From contig NC_042997.1 of the NCBI RefSeq assembly GCF_006345805.1, positions 173,476,001-173,540,000 on the forward strand: a DNA stretch of 64,000 nucleotides, given 5' to 3'. A program made the position numbers and the translations under genes. Shown one piece after another: positions 53,305-64,000 of this stretch. Source of the DNA: Octopus sinensis (Eukaryota). Every line of letters begins with the position of its first letter. Within the stretch, counting starts at the first letter, position 1. Under the pieces are notes generated by a model, which was not told the origin of the DNA, ran no database searches, and saw only the letters and a program-made list of their open reading frames with translations.

Positions 53305-53600
53305 TACCTTCGAAACACGCTAGAGTTGAACTAGGGACAGCTGATGAAGGGGATTTTTCCTTGTGTAGTTTGTCTTGTACTCTGTTTTTCTGTTGTAAAA
53401 AAATGGTTTGTTCCATGCTTGTTTTTCCGTTTTCGTTTCTCGTTGAGTTCTACGTCTCGTTGTGGTGTCCTGTACTCACGTATATATATTTATATATGCA
53501 TGTATATAAACATGTAGATGTAGGTACGTACATATATGTATGTATGTATGTATGCATATATTTTATTTATTACACTATTGTATGACAGCGCCCTCGCGTC
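53305..53600 (+). repeat. Dispersed repeat in (TA)n with separated GAAAC and CTGATGA motifs; possible PLE terminus
   Basis: Homologous to 17210-17390; CCTTCGAAACACGC...CAGCTGATGAAGG at the 5' end. Confidence 0.55.
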
Positions 53601-53650
53601 GATTCGATTCGATTCGTTCGTTTTGTTCCGTTCTTATTCTCCAAGTACTG

Positions 53651-53679
<29 letters not shown>

Positions 53680-53682
<3 letters not shown>

Positions 53683-53840
53683 AGTGGCTGTGTGGTAAGT
53701 AGCTTGCTTAGAAACCACTTTGTCCCGGGTTCAGTCCCGCTGCGTGGCACCTTGGACAAGTGTCTTCTACTATAGCATCGAGCCGTAAGGCCTTGTGAAT
53801 GGATTTGGTAAACGGAAACTGAAAGAAGCACGCCGTATGT
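53680..53840 (+). mobile_element. SINE family B, 5' half
   Basis: Matches 30078-30240; interrupted by the Tc1 copy at its TA tract. Confidence 0.85.
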
Positions 53841-53841
53841 A

Positions 53842-54760
53842 AAGGGGTTGGACAAAATAATAGAAATACCTTAAAATTTCAAACAAATTTATTTTAATAT
53901 GGGGTAGGACTGCCTTTGGCAGTAATTACAGCTTGAATTCTACAAGATATGGACTCGTACAAAGTTTGAATTGTTTCCAAAGGAATTTTTGTTCTTTCTT
54001 CAGCTAAAACAGTTTCCAGTTTTTGTTGTGATGATGGTGGAGGATATCGACTCCTTGCTTGTTTTGCTAAAATGCACCATAAGTGTACAATAATATTGAG
54101 ATCTTGGGACTGTGGTGGCTAAATAAGATGTTTAACTTCACTAGAATGTTCAGTAACAACTTTAGCTGTGTGAATTGGTACATTATCATCCTGAAATATT
54201 GCGTTTCCCTCCAGAAACAGTTTGACAACCATCGGATGAATTTGATCAGAGAAAATGCTTAAATAGCCTTAACTGTTAATTCTGCCATGAATGGAAACTA
54301 TTGGACTGGCGGATTTCCAATATCATCAGATCATCACTGTTCCCCCTCCATATCTAATAGATGGAAGACAGTCAGTGTCAAATGGTTCTTTTGGCTATCT
54401 CCACACGTATACTCGACCGGTGGTGAGAAATAAGGTAAAGGATAACTCGTCCGAGAAAATAAATTCTTCCACTGCTCTAAGGACCAATTCTGTAGGATTT
54501 TACTTCACTTTTAACGCTTTGCAACGTTTGTTTTTTAAAGTAGTGGCTTTCTGATTGCAGTCCTCCCGTGAAATCCGGCTTTGTGTAGCTCCTGGCGAAT
54601 AGTTTTTGTGGAAACTGGGTTCTCGAGGTGGTCATTAAGCTCTGCAGTGATTTTGGGAGCTGTACTTTTGTGATCGTTTCTAACAACTCGTGTAAGAGTC
54701 CAACGGTTCCTATCTGAAAGTTTTGGTTTTCTTCCGGAGTTTTGTTTCGACGAGGAGCTT
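53842..54760 (-). mobile_element. Second, truncated copy of the Tc1-like transposon
   Basis: TIR AGGGGTTGGACAAAATAATAGAAATACCT; colinear with 32136-33030; SGRKPKLSDRNR motif. Confidence 0.92.
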
Positions 54761-55092
54761 CTGTATTGCTCCCAACATTTCTCAGTTGAAATTTCAATGA
54801 GAATGACTTTACCTTTTATCCATTTGGAGTCGATAAGATAAGAACCAGTAGATAACCGGAGTCGATGCAAACGACTAATCTCGCTCCTCAAAATTTCAGG
54901 TCTTGTAGTTATAGTTTGTAAGAATTATGAATTGAAAAATATTTCTTAATTATTAAATATTATCATAGATATCGGCTTAAAAATATTGGTGGAACATTAC
55001 CATCAGAAATATTACTTAATTAGAGAATGTGGTTCCAGCGAGAAAGTATCTACGCATCATCTAATATTTAATATATTTACAAAACACACACA

Positions 55093-55127
<35 letters not shown>

Positions 55128-55436
55128 TCAAGCACACACGCACACACACATATAAAAGGAGAGGGAATAAAGAACTTGTGGATTTAGCATTCAATCATGT
55201 ATGCATGTATGTGTGTATTTTGAAGAAAGTTCTTGTCCGAAGCGTCATAATCTGGCTCTTCAATTTTTACTAGTATCAAATCAATAATTTTGACTGTGAA
55301 TTCATTTCTCCAATGATTTTTATGTATAGATTTCTGCTTCCCTGTTTCTATGCAACTATGCATATACGTTATGTATATATATTTATATGTATGTGTGTGT
55401 GTATGTTTAAATGTATGCACATGATGTGTATGTATG

Positions 55437-55523
<87 letters not shown>

Positions 55524-56147
55524 ATATGTAATATGTAGGTATGTATTGACACGGTTATATATCTAAGTATACTTACGAGGACTTAATACTTTTTCATGGG
55601 TGGGAAGAATACAAAGCCCTGTTTGCATTTAGTTTCACTGTTTTTTACATTACCGTTGCTTTTACGAGGTAGCGGTGGTGGTGGTGGTGGTGGTGGTGGT
55701 GGTAGAAGTCGTACTGGCATAGGTTGTGTTGGTGTCAGTGGGTGTCAATGATACTGACGAAGGCGGTGTTGTCTTTCGCATTCTCTACTTCTGAATGTTA
55801 TTTGTATTTGTTTTCTTGTTTTTTTTTTTGTTTGTTTTTTTTGTTTTTGAAAGAGTGTGTTGTCTACTCGCTATTTATGTTGTTATTGCTTTGTTGCTGT
55901 TGTCACTCATATTTTTATCACCGCACCTGCTTTTATTCTGATGGCCTTAATGTATTTTTTTTTGTTTTTGTTCATTGGATAGGTCTGCTATTTGTTGCAG
56001 TTGTTGTTGTAGTTTCTCCGACTCTCAAATTTACTGTGTTCAGAAATGTCCACGAAACTTTTGGATGGCAGAAATGATGACTGCAGGCGGATTTGTTGTA
56101 GTCAACGTTAAGAATTTTTGTTTTTGGCGGTAATAGCAGCGGCAGTA

Positions 56148-56290
56148 GTGGTGTGTAGGTGAGTAGCCTAATGGTTAAGACATTGTACTCATGATCGCGA
56201 GATCGTGGTTTCGATTCCTGGTAAGGGCGGTGCGTTGTGTTCATGAGCAAAACACTTCATTTCACGTTGCTCCTCGACCATTCCGACATC
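56148..56290 (+). mobile_element. tRNA-derived SINE family D, 5' part
   Basis: TAGCCTAATGGTTAAG...GGTTTCGATTCC; GAGCAAAACACTTCATTTCACGTTGCTCC. Confidence 0.75.
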
Positions 56291-56291
56291 T

Positions 56292-56955
56292 TATTTCTTT
56301 ATTGCCCACAAGGGGCTACACATAGAGGGGACAAACAAGGACAGACAAAGAGATTAAGTCGATTACATCGACCCCAGTGCGTAACTGGTACTTAACCTTT
56401 TCGACTCCGAAAGGATGAAAGGCAAAGTCGACCTCGGCGGAATTTGAACTCAGAACGTAACGGTAGACAAAATACCTATTTCTTTACCACCCATTTCTTT
56501 ATTACCCACAAGGGGCTAAACATAGAAGGGACAAACAAGGACAGACATAGGAATTAAGTCGATTACATCGACCCCAGTGCGTAACTGGTACTTAATTTAT
56601 CGACCCCGAAAGGATGAAAGGTAAAGTTGACCTCGGCGGAATTTGAACTCACAACGTAACGGCAGACGAAATACCGCTAAGCATTTCGCCCGACGTGCTA
56701 ACGTTTCAGCCAGCTCGCCGCCTATTTCTTTACTACCCACAAGGGGCTAAACACAGAGAGGACAAACAAGGACAGACAAAGGGATTAAGTCGATTATATG
56801 GACCCTAGTGCGTAACTGGTACTTATTTCATCGACCCCGAAAGGATGAAAGGCAAAGTCGACCTCAGCGGAATTTGAACTCAGAACGTAGCAGTAGACGA
56901 AATACTGCTAAACATTTTGCCCGGCGTGCTAACGTTTCTGCCAGTTCGCCGCCTG
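56292..56955 (-). mobile_element. SINE family A trimer bounded by one 13-bp TSD
   Basis: CATTCCGACATCT at 56279-56291 and 56958-56970. Confidence 0.9.
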
Positions 56956-57115
56956 ATCATTCCGACATCTGCCGTGTGGTGCACCGTAAACTTGTACTGG
57001 TAATGCTGATTGGTTGGAGGGAGTGAACTAATGTATAGTACAAGCATTTGATCATTATAAACAAATTATCTATGCTGGTTGTTCAGCAAGAAATTGCAGA
57101 ACTACGAGTAGTAGA

Positions 57116-57167
<52 letters not shown>

Positions 57168-57214
57168 TATTATTATTATTATTATTATATTATTATCATC
57201 ATCATTATTATAAT

Positions 57215-57455
57215 GAAACTCACAGCTTATTTTGGTGGGTATGATGGAAAGTGTCGGCTGTCCACAGCCAGCAGACTAAGGTGACACTTGTTTACTGGTT
57301 ATGCTTCAAGAACCCTGCGAATAATTCTTGCAGTTCCAAGCAATACTGATTTTTGTAGATGTTCTATTTTCACACTTGCACCGATCTTTTTCGGCTATTC
57401 TGGGGATTGAGTGCTGATACTTTCAAGTAAACCAATTACTATTGGTATCAGGATC
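57215..57455 (-). mobile_element. 3' fragment of an R4/Dong-type (RLE) non-LTR retrotransposon abutting (TAA)n
   Basis: Minus-strand translation LIPIVIGLL...IEHLQKSVLLGTARIIRRVLEA* (stop 57299-57301); (AAT)n at 57116-57213. Confidence 0.8.
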
Positions 57456-59299
57456 TCGCAATCGTAACTGCAACACCCTAGATACTAGACCAAGCACCCT
57501 TGCAGTAAAACAGTTATATACACTTTATTGACTATTTGATACGGAGGTAGAACCTTTTACCAACTAGGGACAAAATTGTTAGTAGCAGTCAACTAGTATG
57601 AGAGTTAAAAATATTTTACTAGCTTTCCTAAAATTTGATGCATTTTAGACGGAATATTTCGAATATTTCTTTTTAGCTTACTTCATCTAATTGTCATGGA
57701 GAAGAGGTGAATACATTAACTAAGTCTCTGATCAATGCATGATTGCCACACAATTTTATTTTTCCTATTAACCCTTTTGATACAACCCTACCCGAACCCG
57801 CTACCTTTTTCTATGATATAATGTTCCTGTTTGTATCAGTTACAATCATTCAAGTTAGAACTTTCCATTAAAATTTCCATGTTGATTTATGTTCGAGACA
57901 CACGTTAAATAACAACAAAGTTATTTTACTAAACTCTTAATTATTTTTAAAATTAATTTTCCGAAAAACCAGTGTCTCATAATATGTGAAAAATAGTTAC
58001 CAGTCAAAAATCACATGCCTGCTCTATAGGCAGCCGGAGCTAAGTCAGTGGCGAGACTAGACTCTAATCCAATTTGCACTGATCCTGAGAGATAGTTTCC
58101 TTCTGTTACTCCGATAATAGTCGTGAAGTAAATAGACGTGAAGTATTGCTGTTCCATTAATATAGAAGGTCGATCTCTCTATTCTGCAGTTTTCCACTTG
58201 AATGAATCAATGTAATATCGCTGGTTGTAACTGGAGGGAAAGTGCTCAAAAATTCTTATAAAGAATTGAGCGTTCGATACGATTAATGTTAAGCATGAGT
58301 TCCTGAAAGTAGAAGGAATCGAGAGAAAATACTTGGACAAGGATGAAATTCCAGAGAGATGTTACCGCTGATTTTGTTGTTGTTGCTATCCTTATCGTCA
58401 TTGCAGTCATCTCTATATACGAAAAACTTCGACCGACGCATACATACGCACGGATACTGATGATTTACAATGCCGGTCTGTTGAAATCCCCATTGGGACG
58501 AGTCTTTAAATTTTCATACACAAAAGTTGCTATAAAATTGATTGTGTTTACGTCCAAATTGTCAATAAGGAGAATTTCTCTTCACAACACAACGTATGTA
58601 GCGTGTTGTCTCTTCATGTCCGAATGTACACGAACACTTTAAATAAGACCATCTATCTACATTTCTACATTTCAGCGCTGATTAGTGCGCCTTTAATTAA
58701 TTTATTCCAACTTGACGAAGTTTTTCGCACCAGCAAATGTACCATTTGCTATTCTAATATAAGGGCAATCAGCTCATAGTCAGCATGACCGACGGCTCGG
58801 TATACTTAGCTGATGAAGTGTAACTACGCAGAAGTACATGCATCCTTTGGTTCGGTGACATCATTCATGGTCTAGTGGTGTGTTCACACGCTTATTGTCT
58901 ACAAAGAGAATTTCTTCTCTCAAGACACCGTCTGCAGTGTACTGTCTTTCTATGTCCAAATGTACCCGAACATGTTATATAAGATTGAACACAATTATAC
59001 ACAAATCCAAAGATTCCATTATGGAAGCTGTGTGAATATTGTCACGAAGAGAAATAAACGAATTATCATCAATGACAATTGTAATGGCATGCGCATCATA
59101 TCATACCTCTAAAACAAGTTATTCTTTCTGATTAAAAGAAATTAGCTTTAATGCAAATTGGTATTTCCGTGAAGATATAAAGAGTTGAGGATGTATTAAA
59201 AAATAATTTTTACCGTCTACGCAGAAACGTTAAGGCTACGCCAAATTTGGGAGAAAAATTTCAGACATTAGGAAGTTATTTAAAAAATGCTAATAAGTT

Positions 59300-59730
59300 G
59301 GCAGTGTGGTATAGAAGTTTACTTCCCAACTATATGTTTCGGGTTCAGTCCCACGCATAGGGATCTTGAGTGGGTGTCTTCTACTATAGACTCGGGTCAA
59401 TCAAACGATTGTGAGTGGGTATGGCAGACAGAAACTGAAGGAAACCCATTGCGTGTGTACATAAATACACATATATACATATTTATTTGTATATATATAT
59501 GAGTGTGTGTATGTGTATGTGTGTGTGTGTGTGTGTCTGTGACCCCCTACCTTAGAACCGGTGTTGGTTTGTTTACGTCTCTGTAACATAGCAAATTTCG
59601 GCAAAGGAGGTCGATAAACTATCACACATTAAAACAAAAGAAATTACTGGTGCCGATTTGTTCGACTAAAACTTCTTCAAAATGGTGCCCCAGCATGGCC
59701 GCAGTTCTACGACAAAAACGAGTAAAAAAT
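59300..59730 (+). mobile_element. SINE family B, old diverged copy
   Basis: GGGTTCAGTCCCA, GTGTCTTCTACTATAG and CAGCATGGCCGCAG motifs. Confidence 0.8.
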
Positions 59731-60028
59731 GAATGATGAACGAAAAATGCTACAATATATAAAGAAAATTGCTAGAACAAACTGCAGTAGAGCTGTATAT
59801 AATTAAATAACTGTGTATAGGATATTGGTTCGTTATTCGGTGTTTTAGTAAAGTTTTTGTTGTTAATGTTGAAACATTGTGAAATAGTTATGACAGAAAA
59901 TGTAAAAGAGATTGACTTATGTCAATATTCTAATGTTTTTGTTTTGTTTTTGTTTATATTTCTTTCTAATAAGAATATGGTTCACCCACGAATCACAGTC
60001 GACACAGCATGTCTATCTATCTGCCTGG

Positions 60029-60123
<95 letters not shown>

Positions 60124-60150
60124 CCTACCTACCTACCTACCTACCTATCT

Positions 60151-60217
<67 letters not shown>

Positions 60218-60257
60218 CTCTCTATCTATCTATCTATCTATCTATCTGCCTACCTAC

Positions 60258-60323
<66 letters not shown>

Positions 60324-60542
60324 GTGTCTCTGTCTTCTGTCTGTATTCTCACACTCTCACACACTCACACACACATACACACGCACAAATACACACACAC
60401 TCTCTCGCACACACACGTTCACACACAGACACATATTTATATATATATATATATATAAGCATACATGCATACGCACAAATACATATGTGTATAAACATGT
60501 TCATAAATATGTATATATATATATATACATATATAGATATGT

Positions 60543-60592
<50 letters not shown>

Positions 60593-60728
60593 GTATGTAT
60601 ATATGTATATGTATATATATATATGCACATTCATACATACATGTATATATATATATAATATATATATATAATATATATGTATGTATATATATATGTATAT
60701 GTATGCATATACATACGTATACACACAC

Positions 60729-60771
<43 letters not shown>

Positions 60772-61237
60772 TAAATATGCATACACATACACATATATAC
60801 ATACGTGTGTATCTATGCATGCAGAAATGTATAGAAACATGCCGCAGATAAAGTTGACATGATATGTGTATTCAGTATGTAAAATGAATACATTTTAAAC
60901 GTATATGAGACACTTTAAAAGGCACAGCTGTTATTCAGAGGCGGCAATGTGAATAGATTCATTCATGCTTCAAAAGAACTTTTTGGTATTGAAAATAGTC
61001 GCAGACATTTAGGAATATTTTCTTGACATGAACAGATCACCTTGTGGTTCCCCGCACACTACTTCCGCCCGTTCTCAAATATTTTGTCATATTTTCCATA
61101 CTTGGTCTTCGTTTCCACGGTGATTCTTCATAGCACTATTTTATTTCATTCTCTTACTAATTTCAGTCATTGGATTGCAACCATGCTTGGAGTCGTACTT
61201 TAACTGATTTAATTTTATTTTTCTTTTTAGTCGATCA

Positions 61238-62352
61238 CTAGCTGAGGTACCCGGTAATACCCGGGAGCAGGGATATTCCCTGTACACATTACAATGCCTA
61301 ATTTCTCTCAGACGAAAACTGAAATCAAGGCATAGGACTGATAATAGAAGGCGTAAGCAAATTCATTCGCGAAACAATAATACAAATAAATACGTGTGGA
61401 ATCGGAAAAGTACAATCGTTTGGTCAGCTGCAAATAAATAATCAATAGAAACATCAAGAAGGGAATTGTAAAGGAGTGCTATGAAAAAAAAAAAAGGAAC
61501 ATAAATGTTTGAAAAGTAAACAAAAAATTATTTAGAGAAAATATTTTATACTTACAAAAGCGGCTGGAGTGCAGAGGCGATAACGTAACAGTCATAAGAG
61601 TTGTAAGATGCTATTAGGAGGGGAAAAAAACATACAAAAATAACGATTTTCGACATTTTGGGGCAAATTCTCATGCAAACCGAGAGAAAATTCTAAGCGC
61701 ACATGCACTTAATTTGACGACTGTGTTTCATGGGTATAGTTCCACTGTTCGTGAGAATCAAATATCGATTGCAACGGTTAGAACGGACAATTTTAAGTGC
61801 AGGTATTAAGAAAATACATGTTACATGTTTTAGCACACAACGCTACAACGTTTAGAATCGATAATTTTAAGTCCAGGTGTTAAGAAAATACACGTTATAG
61901 CAATCTGAGAATGCTGAAATAATTGATGAACATTTTAACTTCACAACAATTTAGGCCAAATTTCGTTAATTAGTTAATCAAAAATCATCTTACGCTTTGG
62001 TTGAGTGGACTAGGTAAAAATTTATTTGTCTCGGCACATCCTTAACGCATATTCCATCTGTGTGTAAAATTTCAAGAAAATCCGTTGAAAACTTTAAAAG
62101 TTATGGCAGAAAATAACATTCATATGAGAATTTGGATTGAAATGTCCAATTGATTTTTGAAAAATCGATGCTGATTAAAAATGATCGATTCTTTGAAATT
62201 CCAAATGCGTACGTGACCGCATGGGCATAAGTCCCCGCATGGGCATAAGTCCCCGCTCAAGATCGGTTGGATAGTCTCGGAGGAATTAAGGTAACAAATT
62301 CACAAACACACACAGTCACAAATAGACAGAAATTGTCATTTATGTATATAGA
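61238..62352 (-). mobile_element. Non-autonomous Helitron, 1115 bp
   Basis: On minus: A|TCTATATACATAAA 5' end, hairpin CCCGG-GTATTA-CCGGG, CTAG|T end; internal 18-bp tandem duplication at 62218-62253. Confidence 0.85.
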
Positions 62353-62354
62353 TA

Positions 62355-63340
62355 TAACAATCCGTGTGCGAATAACAAAGGCGACGAGGCAATGGATTGG
62401 GTCACAAATACTAAACAGATGAAAAAAATATGCTTGAAGTTAACAGATAGCCATCATCTGCCCAAGAGCAACTCTTTAGAAACGTTTTCTGAATTTGCTA
62501 CTCTTGAGAAGCAACACAGCTGATGCAATTTGCAAGGCCGTCCCGTATCGATGACAAATTCAAGTCCTCCTTAGGTAAATGCTTATCAAACAAAGAAGAA
62601 TTCCATAAAACCATTGGCTAATATCGCAGCTCACACTGATCTCCCTGTTCAGTGCAACTTTTGACTAATGTATCCATTTCTTTGGCTACAGATAAAACAT
62701 TCTTGATCAAAGAATTCTGAGTTATTCTTCGTAAAACTCAATTTTCAACTCCATTCTCTTCACACATCAACAACAATATATGCTCGCTCATACCATCTAA
62801 TACAAACTTCAGTTGAGGCGCAATGGCCCAGAGGTTAGGGCAACGGATTCGCAGTCATAGGATCGCGGTTTCGATTCCCAGACCGGGCGTTGTGAGTGTT
62901 TATTGAGCGAAAACACCTAAAAGCTCCACGAGGCTCCGGCAGGGGATGGTGGTGATCCCTGCTGTACTCTTTCACCACAACTTTCTCTCACTCTTACTTC
63001 CTGTTTCTGTTGTACCTGTATTTCAAGGGGCCGACCTTGTCACTCTCTGTGTCACGCTGAATATCCCCGAGAACTACGTTAAGGGTGCACGTGTCTGTGG
63101 AGTGCTCAGCCACTTACACGTTAATTTCACGAGCAGGCTGTTCCGTTGATTCGGATCAACCGGAACCCTCATCGTCGTAACCGACGGAGTGCTTCCAAGG
63201 TCCAATACAAACTTCAAACTATAAAAACCGAGACGTGGTTTCCTGTTCTCTTCGCTCTTTAGAAGAGATCATTTTCATCCAAGATGTTTCTATTATCTTT
63301 AATCGTTTCAGAATTGCATTGTCCTGCCTTATTGGATTTA
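62355..63340 (-). pseudogene. Possible ancient RTE-type RT relic, interrupted by a SINE
   Basis: GAGTTGCTCTTGGGCAGATGAT on minus resembles ELLFADD with an indel; other RT-like remnants are weak. Confidence 0.35.
62812..63203 (+). mobile_element. tRNA-derived SINE family C, tail type 2, with 13-bp TSD
   Basis: TSD AATACAAACTTCA (62799-62811, 63204-63216). Confidence 0.93.
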
Positions 63341-63430
63341 GTATTCGGGAATACTTCAAATTAAACACGTGTATATTTGTGTATACATGTATGTCTAATG
63401 TGAAGATGCAATATAATATTCATATTTGTG

Positions 63431-63480
<50 letters not shown>

Positions 63481-63525
63481 TGTTTTTTTGTGTATGAAGT
63501 AGCTTAGGGAATCTTAGTGAATCAA

Positions 63526-63755
63526 GGCGGCGAGCTGGCAGAATCGTTGGCACGCCGGGCGAAATGCTTATCAGTATTTCGTCTGCCGCTACGTTCTGAG
63601 TTCAAATTCCGCCGAGGTCGACTTTGCCTTTCATCCTTTCGGGGTCGATTAAATAAGTACCAGTTACGTACTGGGGTCTATATAATCGACTTAATCTGTT
63701 TTTCTGTCGTTGTTTGTCCTCTCTGTGTTTAGCCCCTTGTGGGTAGTAAAGAAAG
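63526..63755 (+). mobile_element. SINE family A
   Basis: Full-length match. Confidence 0.9.
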
Positions 63756-64000
63756 AGAAGTAGTTTAGTGAATCTCTGTCGTTTAGCGATTTGGGTTCTA
63801 TTACTTAATTATCTTAATTATCTGCTCATGAATTAAGGTATACGTTATGGAGTGTGTCACAGAAACGCGTACCCATTACGTAATTTTTAGGCAGAATCAG
63901 CGGAACACTGTGTGACAAGGCTGTACCATTTGAATTACAAGTACAATCAATCCAGCGATCTTCTTGTATACAGTTCCTTTCTTTACAGTTTTATTCGCAA

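Noticed and set aside
59857-60862. 305-aa and 248-aa ORFs
   Set aside because: Translations of (TCTA)n and (TA)n.

Overview
AT-rich, microsatellite-saturated eukaryotic non-coding DNA (intron or intergenic). The SINE families and very high simple-repeat load resemble an Octopus/coleoid cephalopod genome (inference). No intact host gene is supported, and most listed ORFs are translations of microsatellites. Recognisable content: two frameshifted, 5'-truncated Penelope-like elements (PLEs; RT plus GIY-YIG) in tandem at 12.0-16.7 kb; two copies of a Tc1-like transposon (the full-length one has DD36E spacing); an L1/Tx1-type LINE relic; an R4/Dong 3' fragment; two non-autonomous Helitrons; and dozens of SINE copies from at least four families. 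The most interesting signal is a set of minimal type I hammerhead ribozyme (HHR) motifs from several unrelated sequence families. They lie at both PLE 3' ends (one with a U3-A8 covariant core, one with U6), in a SINE-like element with a tRNA-like head (two copies, one with a PLE-style inverted duplication), and in the loop of a ~610-bp fold-back. A degenerate form may also lie in a 178-bp tandem array. Together they suggest non-coding ribozyme-bearing elements mobilised by PLE proteins. All alignments and foldings were done by eye; no database search was run.
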